A stretch of 47,030 bases of DNA from a virus (Duplodnaviria; Caudoviricetes), in the IMG/VR virus record IMGVR_UViG_3300019996_000002, positions 1 through 47,030 of that record; one strand, 5' to 3'. Positions 18,687 through 26,669 of the stretch are shown here, piece after piece; the first letter of the stretch is position 1; each line of letters begins with the position of its first letter. Under the pieces are notes generated by a model. The model ran no database searches and was not told the origin of the DNA. It saw only the letters and a list, made by a program, of their open reading frames with translations. The position numbers were made by a program, and so were the translations under genes.

Positions 18687-20149
18687 GCAAGCGCGAGCCG
18701 TCCCGCCGGCGGGACCAGGCGCCGGCCGAGCCGCTCGAGGAGCGGACGCTCCCGCACAACCTCGAGGCCGAGCGCGCGGTCCTGGGCGCGATCCTTCTGC
18801 ACAATGACAGCTACGAGCGGATCGCCAAGACGATCGACCGGGCCGACTTCTACCGCCTGGCGCACCAGGAGATTTTCGAGAGCATCGAGCGGCTGCTCGA
18901 GAAGCCGGACGGCGAGGTCGACATGGTCACACTCAAGGAGGATCTGGCAAAGCACGGCGCGCTGGACGATCCAGTCGGCGGGCCGGTCTACCTCTCAGGG
19001 CTGATCGACGGCGTCCCGCGGTCGACCAACATCGAGCACTACGCGCGAATCGTGCGCGAGAAGGCGACGCTGCGCCGGCTGATCAAGTCAACTAATCGCA
19101 CGCTCACGGCCGCCTATGAGGGCGTCGATCCGGTCGGCGTCATCCTGACGGCCGCGGACCGGGCGATCGTCGACCTGCAGCGGAACGCGCTCGGCGGCAA
19201 CATGCAATCGCTCAAGCACTCGAACACCGCATACTGCGAGCTGCTCGAGGAGCGCATCCGGAACAAGGGCGCCGTCACGGGCCTACCGACAGGGTTCGCG
19301 AAGATCGACGCGGCGACGCTCGGCTGGCAGCGCAAGGACTCGATCCTCATCGCGGCGCGGCCGTCGATCGGTAAGACGGCGTTTGTGCTCAACACGGCGT
19401 CCGTCATGGCGGAGAGCTACCGGCCGAAGTCGACCGAGCGCTGTCACGTCGCTTTCTTTTCGATGGAGATGCGACGGTCGCAGCTCGAGGACCGGCTGCT
19501 CTCGAGCCTCTGCGGCATCCCGTCGACGTTGATCCGGTCCGGCTACATCTTCGGCGACGACCAGAACGCGGCGATCGTCGCCGGCCTGGCGCGCATGCAG
19601 AACATGAACCTGCATATCGACGACACGAAGGGCCGGACCGTCTTCGACATCAGAGCGGAGTGTCGCCGGCTGCGCTCCGAGCACGGGCTCGACGCGGTCA
19701 TCATCGACTACATACAGCTCATGGAGGGCAGCCTCGAGCGCCGCGGCGCGACCCGGAACGAGGAGCTGACCGACATCAGCCGGCGTCTCAATGTGATGTT
19801 CGGCGAGCTGGACGTCGCCGGCATCATCCTGAGCCAGCTCTCGAGGCCCAACGAGAACCGGCCGGACCCGCGGCCACAGCTCAAGGATCTGCGGGACAGC
19901 GGCGCGCTCGAGCAAGACGGGGATCTGATCTGCTTCCTGCACCGGAGGAACCACAAAGAGCCGGGCCTGACGCACTTCATCATGGAGAAGGCGCGCAACG
20001 GGCCAACCGGGACGCTCGCGCTCGACTTTGACCGGGATCTAACCCTGTTCAGGGAATACGAGGGCGAGCCGCCGGTCGAGCCTGCCCCAACGCCGGCCGA
20101 AAAGAAGACCCGGCAACGGTCGTTTCTGTCGCAGCGCGCACGATCGTAA
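18683..20149 (+). CDS. dnaB: Replicative DNA helicase DnaB
   Basis: PHNLEAERAVLG N-domain, ARPSIGKT Walker A, FSMEM, IIDYIQLM, LSQLSR, DLRDSGALEQDGD, KARNGPTG. Confidence 0.96.
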   Translation: MSKREPSRRRDQAPAEPLEERTLPHNLEAERAVLGAILLHNDSYERIAKTIDRADFYRLAHQEIFESIERLLEKPDGEVDMVTLKEDLAKHGALDDPVGGPVYLSGLIDGVPRSTNIEHYARIVREKATLRRLIKSTNRTLTAAYEGVDPVGVILTAADRAIVDLQRNALGGNMQSLKHSNTAYCELLEERIRNKGAVTGLPTGFAKIDAATLGWQRKDSILIAARPSIGKTAFVLNTASVMAESYRPKSTERCHVAFFSMEMRRSQLEDRLLSSLCGIPSTLIRSGYIFGDDQNAAIVAGLARMQNMNLHIDDTKGRTVFDIRAECRRLRSEHGLDAVIIDYIQLMEGSLERRGATRNEELTDISRRLNVMFGELDVAGIILSQLSRPNENRPDPRPQLKDLRDSGALEQDGDLICFLHRRNHKEPGLTHFIMEKARNGPTGTLALDFDRDLTLFREYEGEPPVEPAPTPAEKKTRQRSFLSQRARS

Positions 20150-20180
20150 TTGACTCTCCCCGACTATTTGACAAGAATGA
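20150..20180 (+). promoter_or_regulatory. Operator copy and possible promoter
   Basis: GACTATTTG-A-CAAGAATGA at 20162-20180. CCCGACTATTTGACAAGAA (20159-20177) is identical to 23634-23652. Also TTGACT (20150), 17 bp, AAGAAT. Confidence 0.65.
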
Positions 20181-20187
20181 GGGCCGC

Positions 20188-20844
20188 GTGATCTACATCG
20201 GCATCGACCCGGGAGGCAGCGGCGGACTGGCGGCGATCGACGACAGCGGGGTCTGTATCGAAACGCGGACGATGCCGGCCACCGAGCGCGACACGCTCGA
20301 CACGATCGCCATGCTCGGCTTTCACAAGGGCGACGAAGATCGACGAGCTGCGCTCGAACACGTCTGGTCGATCCCTGGGCAGGGCGGCGCGTTCAAGTTC
20401 GGGCTCAACGTCGGCACGCTCCGGACGGCGCTGACCGCGGCGCGCATCCCGTTCGATCTGGTGCTGCCGAAGCGCTGGCAACGGATGCTAGGCGTCAGCT
20501 ATCCGCCGGGCTCGACCGACACCGAGAAGAAGAACATCACGAAGCGGCGGGCTCAGCAGCTATTCCCGCAGCTCACGATCACGCACGCGATCGCCGACGC
20601 GCTACTCCTGGCGGAGTATTGTCGACGGCTCGAGCGCGGCGACCAGGCGGCAACCAGTAGGAGGACAGATGGCAAAGAAGAAGGCAGCGAAAAAGAAGGA
20701 CAAGCTGGCCGCGCGCAAAGCCGCCGGCGGCTCGAAGAAAGGCAGCGCTCCCGCCAAACCGCGCACGCCGCGGCCACGGCAGCAGGCGCTGATCGAGGAC
20801 GCGCGGATCAAGCCGCTCGACGATTGCGCCGCGTCGATCGCTGA
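20188..20844 (+). CDS. RuvC-like Holliday junction resolvase
   Basis: IGIDPG.SGG, LEHV, AFKFG.N.G, PKRW, ADALLLA motifs. The C-terminal tail overlaps the next gene. Confidence 0.85.
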   Translation: MIYIGIDPGGSGGLAAIDDSGVCIETRTMPATERDTLDTIAMLGFHKGDEDRRAALEHVWSIPGQGGAFKFGLNVGTLRTALTAARIPFDLVLPKRWQRMLGVSYPPGSTDTEKKNITKRRAQQLFPQLTITHAIADALLLAEYCRRLERGDQAATSRRTDGKEEGSEKEGQAGRAQSRRRLEERQRSRQTAHAAATAAGADRGRADQAARRLRRVDR

Positions 20845-21115
20845 AGTGCGGGAGGACATGAACAATCTCCGCGGCGAGGAGAAGGGCTTTCTTGCGACAG
20901 CTCGCTCGCTGATGCACAAATACGGCAAGACCGTTTACAAGCACGCCGGCGTCGAGATCGTGCTCGTCCCTGGCGACGAAAAGGTCCGCGTCCGGATCCT
21001 GAACGACCAAGGCGACGCGAGCAGCTCGGGCGCCGACGACAACGCGGCCGGCGCTCCGCGCGAGGATGCGGTCAGCGGCGATCGCGGCGGCTCTGACGAA
21101 GCGGCGGAGGGCTGA
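20669..21115 (+). CDS. Protein with histone-like Lys/Ala-rich N-terminus
   Basis: GGAGG RBS; MAKKKAAKKKDKLAARKAAGGSKK; acidic C-terminus. Confidence 0.75.
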   Translation: MAKKKAAKKKDKLAARKAAGGSKKGSAPAKPRTPRPRQQALIEDARIKPLDDCAASIAEVREDMNNLRGEEKGFLATARSLMHKYGKTVYKHAGVEIVLVPGDEKVRVRILNDQGDASSSGADDNAAGAPREDAVSGDRGGSDEAAEG

Positions 21116-21117
21116 CC

Positions 21118-22134
21118 GTGGGGAGGGGGCTAACGAAGATTCGCGCCGACATCCAACCGATCAGAATTGGTCCCTTCACTCTCACGGCGACCGGGCTCGA
21201 GGTCGACCCGCGGAGCAAGCCGTCATTCGAGGAGTATGAGAGCGTCGGCGAGTTCATCAAACGCGCGCACGCGGCGAGCGGCTTCTGGCTGGCCGACTGG
21301 CTGCGCTACGGCGAGAGCCGCGGCGATTGGGAGGAGCGGCTCTCGCAGGCGGTCGACGCGACCGGGCTCTCCGAGAAGACGCTCCGCAACGTGCGCGCGG
21401 TCGGTCGCATCGAGGCATCCCGCCGGCGGGACGATGTCGACTTCAGTCTGCACGAAACCGTCGCCGGCCTGGCGCCGACCGAGCAGACGGACTGGCTCGA
21501 GCGCGCGCATGCGAACGGCTGGGACCGGCGCGAGCTGCGGCTCAACATCCGAGCGGCGAAGCGGACGCGCATCATCGACGGACAGGCGATTCTCAAAGGG
21601 CAGTATCGCGTGATCTACGCCGATTTCCCCTGGCTCTACGACAACCGGCAACCGAGCGGCTCGAGTTCGCAGGACCATTTCCCGGGCCTGACGATTGAGC
21701 AGGGCTGCGAGCTGCCGGTCCGCGCGCACTCGCGGCCGAATAGCGTCTTGTTCTTCTGGGTGACTGCCCCGCTGCTCTACGACCGACCCGGGCCGGCCGA
21801 CATCATCCACGCCTGGGGATTCGAGCCGAAAAGCCAGATCATCTGGGACAAGGTCGATCACAACGTGGGGAGTTACGTCAGCGTCCGGCATGAGATTCTG
21901 GTCATCGCGACCAGGGGCTCCTGTCTACCGGACCGACCAACGCCGATGCAGGACAGCGTCGTCACCGAGAAGCGCCGCGGCGAGCACTCATCGAAGCCGG
22001 AGACGTTCCGCAAGATCATCGAGCGCATGTATGACGGTCCCTACCTCGAGCTGTTCGGCCGGCAGCGCGTCGAGGGCTGGGAGGTCTTCGGCAACGATGC
22101 CCGGCTCTGGGCTGACCAGGCGGCGGCGTCATGA
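21118..22134 (+). CDS. MT-A70 family N6-adenine DNA methyltransferase with N-terminal helical (LmbU-like) domain
   Basis: YRVIYADFPW, LFFWVT, AWGF, IWDK, HEILVIATRG, HSSKPE, YLELFGR, GWEVFGN motifs. Confidence 0.9.
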   Translation: MGRGLTKIRADIQPIRIGPFTLTATGLEVDPRSKPSFEEYESVGEFIKRAHAASGFWLADWLRYGESRGDWEERLSQAVDATGLSEKTLRNVRAVGRIEASRRRDDVDFSLHETVAGLAPTEQTDWLERAHANGWDRRELRLNIRAAKRTRIIDGQAILKGQYRVIYADFPWLYDNRQPSGSSSQDHFPGLTIEQGCELPVRAHSRPNSVLFFWVTAPLLYDRPGPADIIHAWGFEPKSQIIWDKVDHNVGSYVSVRHEILVIATRGSCLPDRPTPMQDSVVTEKRRGEHSSKPETFRKIIERMYDGPYLELFGRQRVEGWEVFGNDARLWADQAAAS

Positions 22135-22412
22135 GGCTCGAGGTTCGATGTTGCTGTCAGCCGCGGAAGCTGCTCGGATGGCTCGACGTGCCTGAAAGGC
22201 TCGCCAAGGCTGGCACGGTGATCCGGTTCGTGGTCGACGAGGGACTGCGCGACCAGAACGGCGCCCCGCACTACTCGCAGCTCGCGCTGCCGGTCGAGTG
22301 GTATCGATTGAGCTGGGCCGCCAACGCACAGCTCGCGCTGAAATCAGAGGAGACGCCGATCGAGGTGCTCCGCCGGATCGGCGGTTTCACGGAGAATCCA
22401 GAATGCCGCTGA
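22131..22412 (+). CDS. Hypothetical protein
   Basis: ATGA coupling to the methylase; RCCCQP motif. Confidence 0.7.
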   Translation: MRLEVRCCCQPRKLLGWLDVPERLAKAGTVIRFVVDEGLRDQNGAPHYSQLALPVEWYRLSWAANAQLALKSEETPIEVLRRIGGFTENPECR

Positions 22413-23005
22413 AGCAACACGAAGCCGACCAACTGATCGACGTGATCCGCCGGCTGGTCTCAACCGAGCACAAGATCCCCAGCGAGGAGAAGCTCAAGGC
22501 GGAGATCGTCGGCGGCCGTCGCGGCGGCAAGGTCGACGCGCAGCGCGAGGCCGGCAAGGCGCTGACGCTCGATCGGCACACGGTCGAGGGCACGGGCTCG
22601 GCCGGCGACACAGTGCAGGCGTTCGACGAACCGAAGCTCGAGGAGCTGTATCAGTCGTTCAAGAATCGGCTACTCGAGGAGCTGCCGGTCGACCCGGTCC
22701 TGCTCCATCTGCTCAGCGTCCGGCCGGAGATCATCGTCGACGTCGAGCGCAAGGTGATCGAGCTGGACGGATCGACGGACCTGAAGGGGCGCATTGCGCG
22801 GCTCATCGCGGCCGGCTTCCTGTCGCAGCATCGGGCGCGCGGCGCGATCGTGAACGAGCTGAAGAAGACCGGCACGGAGCCGGCCGGCAACCGCATGAGC
22901 GAGGCGATGGACTGGCTGAAGCGGGCCGGGTTCCTGATCTTCGATGATGATGAATGGATCGCGGCGCCTGGCGTCAAAGTCACCGAGCGCAGCATCGAGG
23001 CGTAG
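22403..23005 (+). CDS. Hypothetical protein, possible C-terminal winged helix
   Basis: GGAG RBS, start MPLKQHE. C-terminal AIVNEL...EAMDWLKRAGFLIFDDDEW. Confidence 0.7.
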   Translation: MPLKQHEADQLIDVIRRLVSTEHKIPSEEKLKAEIVGGRRGGKVDAQREAGKALTLDRHTVEGTGSAGDTVQAFDEPKLEELYQSFKNRLLEELPVDPVLLHLLSVRPEIIVDVERKVIELDGSTDLKGRIARLIAAGFLSQHRARGAIVNELKKTGTEPAGNRMSEAMDWLKRAGFLIFDDDEWIAAPGVKVTERSIEA

Positions 23006-23008
23006 ACC

Positions 23009-23368
23009 ATGACCAGGCGCAAAGAGATCCCCCGGTGGGCCGTCTGCACCGTCTGCTGCGAGAAGTGGGCACAGAGCAACAGCGGGCTCTGCCGGCGCTG
23101 CGACCGCAACCGGGCCGCCGGCCTGGCGGACCATGCGATCGCGCTCGAGGCGGCGCACGCGACGAAAGCCAAGGTCTTGCAGTCGCGGAGCTACGATCCG
23201 GACGATCCCATCGAGAGCCGTCCGGTCGTCGAGATCGACGGCGTGCTCTACGTCGTCATGTGGTCGGGCTCGAGCTGCGGCGCGGAAGCGCTCGGCATCC
23301 CGCCGGCGGGACTGCGCGGTAGCCTGTCGTTCAATCCCTCAAGGCTCGAGCGCTACAGCTACACTTGA
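23009..23368 (+). CDS. Hypothetical zinc-finger protein
   Basis: CTVC...GLCRRC. Confidence 0.65.
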   Translation: MTRRKEIPRWAVCTVCCEKWAQSNSGLCRRCDRNRAAGLADHAIALEAAHATKAKVLQSRSYDPDDPIESRPVVEIDGVLYVVMWSGSSCGAEALGIPPAGLRGSLSFNPSRLERYSYT

Positions 23369-23391
23369 CCAACCAAAGGAGAGACAACGCA

Positions 23392-23631
23392 ATGGACACC
23401 GAAACGATCAAGAGCGCACTCGACCAGGCCATTCTCGAGAGCGGCGATCGGATGCTGCCGCACTTTCGATTCAGTCACCTACCGGAGAAGCTCGCGACGG
23501 CGTCAGCGCGGTTCGCGAGCCTGGCGATCGAGATCATCGGGACGCAGCCGGCGACCGCGGAGCGGACGGTCTGCTTGCGGAAGCTGCTCGAGGCGAAAGA
23601 CTGCGCGGTTCGCAACCTGCTCGAGAGCTGA
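23392..23631 (+). CDS. Small helical-hairpin phage protein, Acb2/Tad1-like candidate
   Basis: AAGGAG RBS. F...HLP..L...S..F..LA......P...ERTV.LRKLLEAKDCAVR is a widespread phage family pattern. Confidence 0.6.
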   Translation: MDTETIKSALDQAILESGDRMLPHFRFSHLPEKLATASARFASLAIEIIGTQPATAERTVCLRKLLEAKDCAVRNLLES

Positions 23632-23635
23632 CGCC

Positions 23636-23671
23636 CGACTATTTGACAAGAAGTCTGTCGGACGGTATGCT
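23636..23671 (+). promoter_or_regulatory. Sigma70-type promoter with operator
   Basis: GACTATTTG-A-CAAGAAGTC (near-perfect palindrome); TTGACA (23643), 17 bp, TATGCT (23666-23671); GGAGG RBS before 23690. Confidence 0.87.
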
Positions 23672-23689
23672 CTGCAACCGGAGGACAGA

Positions 23690-23932
23690 ATGCGGAACAC
23701 AGAGAACAAGACAGCGCTCGGCGTGGCGATCGCGATGATCCTGACGGGCATCGCGATCCTTTCGTGCGTCGGCTGCAGCGCCGGCGTCGGGCTTCGGATC
23801 AACCATGCGCCGCGCTGCGAGGTTCAGACAGTCGTCATGCGCTGGATCGATGGCACCGAGTCTAAGATGGTGCTCAATAGCTGCCGCTACGGCGCGGTCG
23901 GTCGCGTGCCGACACCGGACGAGGCGAAATAA
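23690..23932 (+). CDS. Small putative lipoprotein
   Basis: Basic N-terminus, hydrophobic core, lipobox-like ILSC/VGC, and two further Cys. Confidence 0.6.
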   Translation: MRNTENKTALGVAIAMILTGIAILSCVGCSAGVGLRINHAPRCEVQTVVMRWIDGTESKMVLNSCRYGAVGRVPTPDEAK

Positions 23933-23943
23933 CAGGGGGCAGC

Positions 23944-24456
23944 ATGGAAGATGCGGGATTGGTCAACGTCTACGTCTGCTCGATCTGCGGCTTCCACACG
24001 GTGACGAAGAACCGGGACGCCGGAACCACGCCATTCATGATCGGTTGCAAGAATCCGCGGAAGTGCTCCGGCTTCGCGCAGTCGAGTTTCTACCGCGTCC
24101 GACAGACGCTCGATCCGATGTTCCTCTGGATCAAGCCGACCGACGATGAGCTGCAGCGGTTCCTGGCGGACCATGACGCGGCGCAGCAGCAGGCGATCCT
24201 CGAGCATGTAAAGTTCGGCGGGCTGCTCGACCTGATGATCAGCACGGGCGAGCCTGGCGGCGAAGTCATGAGCCGGAAGCCGAGCGCTCGAGAGATCGGA
24301 ATAGCGGCCAATCCACACAGCTACGCCTGTCTCAACTGCCGGCGCGAGTGCTCGCTCGAGGAGGTCGACGAAAGCGGCGGACACTGCCCGACGTGTGGGA
24401 ATCAGCGACTGATCCCGCTCGGGCCACCTGACTCAGGAGAGGAGCATGGTTTATGA
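23944..24456 (+). CDS. Double zinc-ribbon protein
   Basis: CSIC...C....C and CLNC...CPTC. Confidence 0.7.
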   Translation: MEDAGLVNVYVCSICGFHTVTKNRDAGTTPFMIGCKNPRKCSGFAQSSFYRVRQTLDPMFLWIKPTDDELQRFLADHDAAQQQAILEHVKFGGLLDLMISTGEPGGEVMSRKPSAREIGIAANPHSYACLNCRRECSLEEVDESGGHCPTCGNQRLIPLGPPDSGEEHGL

Positions 24457-24503
24457 GCGAAGAATTCTATTGGTTGATTCTGCTGTTGCTGCTGGCGATC
24501 TGA
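24453..24503 (+). CDS. 16-aa hydrophobic micropeptide (not in ORF track)
   Basis: MSEEFYWLILLLLLAI. GAGGAG RBS at 24439-24444, ATGA overlap with the upstream stop, next gene starts at 24505. Confidence 0.5.
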   Translation: MSEEFYWLILLLLLAI

Positions 24504-24504
24504 C

Positions 24505-25005
24505 GTGAACAAGCGACGTCGCTACCTGGCGAAGCGCCGGCGAGCTGCCGCTCGCGCGCGTCGGCTGGAATGGCTGGACCTGGTCGAGCGGCACGGCATC
24601 TGCCCGACGTGCGGCAATCATCCAATGAATCCGCTCCCGACGTGTCCGCGCTGCGGCTCCGTCCCGCCGGCGGGACGGCTGACCGGCGCTCGAGCGGACA
24701 TGGCGAGCTGGATCCGGCGCTACTTCCATGACTGCAGTCCGGCTCCCTGGCAGGTCGCGCTGATGGTCGACATCCTCGCGGGACGCGAGCGGATGCAGCT
24801 CGGCGTCGATTGGGCCAACGGTCGCGATCGCTCGCTAGTGCGCTACCAGGACGGCACGGTCGAGGAGCCGGCGCCCGGGCTGACTCCTGAGCAATGGGCC
24901 GCGGTCGAGGCTCGCGCACGCGAACGCTCGACTTTCGGCCAAGAACCGGGCTATCCTCTCGTCCGTGGCACGGCGGATCAAAAAGCGGACCAAACAGACA
25001 AGTAG
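24505..25005 (+). CDS. Hypothetical zinc-ribbon protein
   Basis: GTG start; CPTC...CPRC; basic N-terminus. Confidence 0.6.
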   Translation: MNKRRRYLAKRRRAAARARRLEWLDLVERHGICPTCGNHPMNPLPTCPRCGSVPPAGRLTGARADMASWIRRYFHDCSPAPWQVALMVDILAGRERMQLGVDWANGRDRSLVRYQDGTVEEPAPGLTPEQWAAVEARARERSTFGQEPGYPLVRGTADQKADQTDK

Positions 25006-25582
25006 CTCCAAACGGCGCAAGCCTGTCACGGCTGCGCCGGCTCCACCGCCGGCCACTCCTGCCCACGTCGATCCCGCTGACAACCTGACGCCGCTCGAGC
25101 GGCTGTTCGTGCTCGAGATGCTGGTCGATGAGAACCAGACGCAAGCCTATCGGCGCTCGCATCCCGATTGCCACAGCGATAGCTCGGCCGCGGTCGAGGG
25201 GCATCGGCTTGCAAGAAAGCCCAATGTTTCCGCGGCGCTCAGGAGCCAGCGCGCGGCCAACTACAAGCGGCTGCAGGTCTCTGCGGACGAAGCGCTCGCT
25301 AACATCAGCCGGAACGCCCGGGCGGACCTGGGCGACGCCTACGACCCAGACACGGGCAAGATGCTGCCGTTCTCGCAGTGGCCGGACGGGCTGCGGCGGA
25401 GCGTCAAGAGCCTCAAGATCCTCGACGGCCGACTCGAGGTGCAGCTCAACGATCCCCAGCGAGCCAACGAGCTGATGGCGCAGGCCGGCGGGAAGCTCAA
25501 GAACGTGGTCGTTCTCGAGTTCGATCACGCGGCATATCTGGCGGCTGAGCCGCCGAAAGTGGCAAAGGACGGAGAAGCATGA
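24965..25582 (+). CDS. terS: Terminase small subunit
   Basis: LTPLERLFVLE...NQTQAY HTH, RLARKPNVSAAL, EVQLNDPQRANELM; lies upstream of TerL. Confidence 0.88.
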   Translation: MARRIKKRTKQTSSSKRRKPVTAAPAPPPATPAHVDPADNLTPLERLFVLEMLVDENQTQAYRRSHPDCHSDSSAAVEGHRLARKPNVSAALRSQRAANYKRLQVSADEALANISRNARADLGDAYDPDTGKMLPFSQWPDGLRRSVKSLKILDGRLEVQLNDPQRANELMAQAGGKLKNVVVLEFDHAAYLAAEPPKVAKDGEA

Positions 25583-25935
25583 TCGACGGAAATGTTAGCG
25601 AAAATGCGGAACGCTCACGGGCGGGAGTCCACGGGATCTATTCCGCCGGCGAGCACACGCTCGGCGAGTTCGCGGCCAAACTGCGCGCGACGGCCAACCA
25701 GGTGCTCGAGGCACGGGACGACGTCCCGCAGCATCTCCGGATGAAGATCGCCGGCGAGCTGCAGACGGCGGCGACGCTGATCGAGAACATGCGGCCGGCC
25801 GCGGCTTGGCTGCGCGAGCAACCGGAGTTTCAGCACAATCCGATTGATCCGCGCGAGTATACTGCCGCGGTCGTCTGCGAGCTGCTCGAGCGCTACGCCC
25901 GGCACATCGCGGACCGAGAGAGAGAACCATGCTGA
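25579..25935 (+). CDS. Hypothetical protein
   Basis: ATGA coupling to terS; GGAG RBS. Confidence 0.7.
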   Translation: MIDGNVSENAERSRAGVHGIYSAGEHTLGEFAAKLRATANQVLEARDDVPQHLRMKIAGELQTAATLIENMRPAAAWLREQPEFQHNPIDPREYTAAVVCELLERYARHIADREREPC

Positions 25936-26126
25936 GAGACAAGAACGGCAAGACCATCAGTGTCGGCTCGCGCGTCAAGCTCGCGGACGGTAGCACAGTG
26001 AGAGTCCGCGGCACGCTCCTGGCGAGCGGCTCGAGCATCCACAACGCGAGCGAGGTCGAGGTCGTCGAGCACAAGGACGATCACGACAAGGCGGCGGACG
26101 GCGACTCGATCATCTGGGGCTCATAA
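25929..26126 (+). CDS. Small YopX/SH3-like beta protein
   Basis: LRDKNGKTISVGSRVK motif; apparent paralog of 26670-26870. Confidence 0.65.
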   Translation: MLRDKNGKTISVGSRVKLADGSTVRVRGTLLASGSSIHNASEVEVVEHKDDHDKAADGDSIIWGS

Positions 26127-26133
26127 CCGACCG

Positions 26134-26162
26134 GGCGCCGGCTCACATCTCGAGTCGGCGCC
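26134..26162. other. Intergenic hairpin
   Basis: GGCGCCGGCTC-ACATCTC-GAGTCGGCGCC. Confidence 0.55.
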
Positions 26163-26187
26163 AAACCTCAATCTGCGGAAAGGCTCA

Positions 26188-26655
26188 ATGAAAATGCGAA
26201 GTGCTCACCGTGTGGCGCTCACGTTCCTGGTCCTGGCAATGTCGGCAACCGTGCAGGCTCAGACGGTCGCGACGCCGAGCAACCGCCTGGCCTGGACCGA
26301 GGTCGGGCAGACCGTCGCGCAGGCGAGCAGCGCGACCTACAACAGCTTCCTCGACACGGCGACGACGGGCGTCGCTGTCGCCGGCGTCACATGCGCGGCC
26401 GGCACGCCGGCGACGGATGCGGCGTGCTCGAGCAACCTGCCGGTCCTGACGCTGGGGCTGCACTCGCTGACGCTGACGCAGGTCATCAGCGGCGCCGAGT
26501 CGGCGAAGTCGGCGGCCGTGACGTTCACATTCGTCGTCGTTGTGCAGCCGACCGCGCTCCGGATTGCGAAGGCGTTCGCGTTCTTCCGCGGCGGCGTGCT
26601 CGCGTCTCGAGGTCGACAGGCGCTCGGCAAGTATCAGATCCGCCCCGTTCGGTAA
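26188..26655 (+). CDS. Secreted Ig/FN3-like beta-sandwich protein
   Basis: Signal peptide ending VQA-Q. Thr/Ala-rich strands with LAW, Y...LD, GLHSLTLT, ESAKS, PTALRI, and a Cys pair. Confidence 0.7.
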   Translation: MKMRSAHRVALTFLVLAMSATVQAQTVATPSNRLAWTEVGQTVAQASSATYNSFLDTATTGVAVAGVTCAAGTPATDAACSSNLPVLTLGLHSLTLTQVISGAESAKSAAVTFTFVVVVQPTALRIAKAFAFFRGGVLASRGRQALGKYQIRPVR

Positions 26656-26669
26656 ACCAGGAGGAGAGC

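Noticed and set aside
10183-25005. Lysogeny module (integrase, CI/Cro, att site, ParA)
   Set aside because: No tyrosine or serine recombinase motifs, no divergent gene pair, and all genes are co-oriented.
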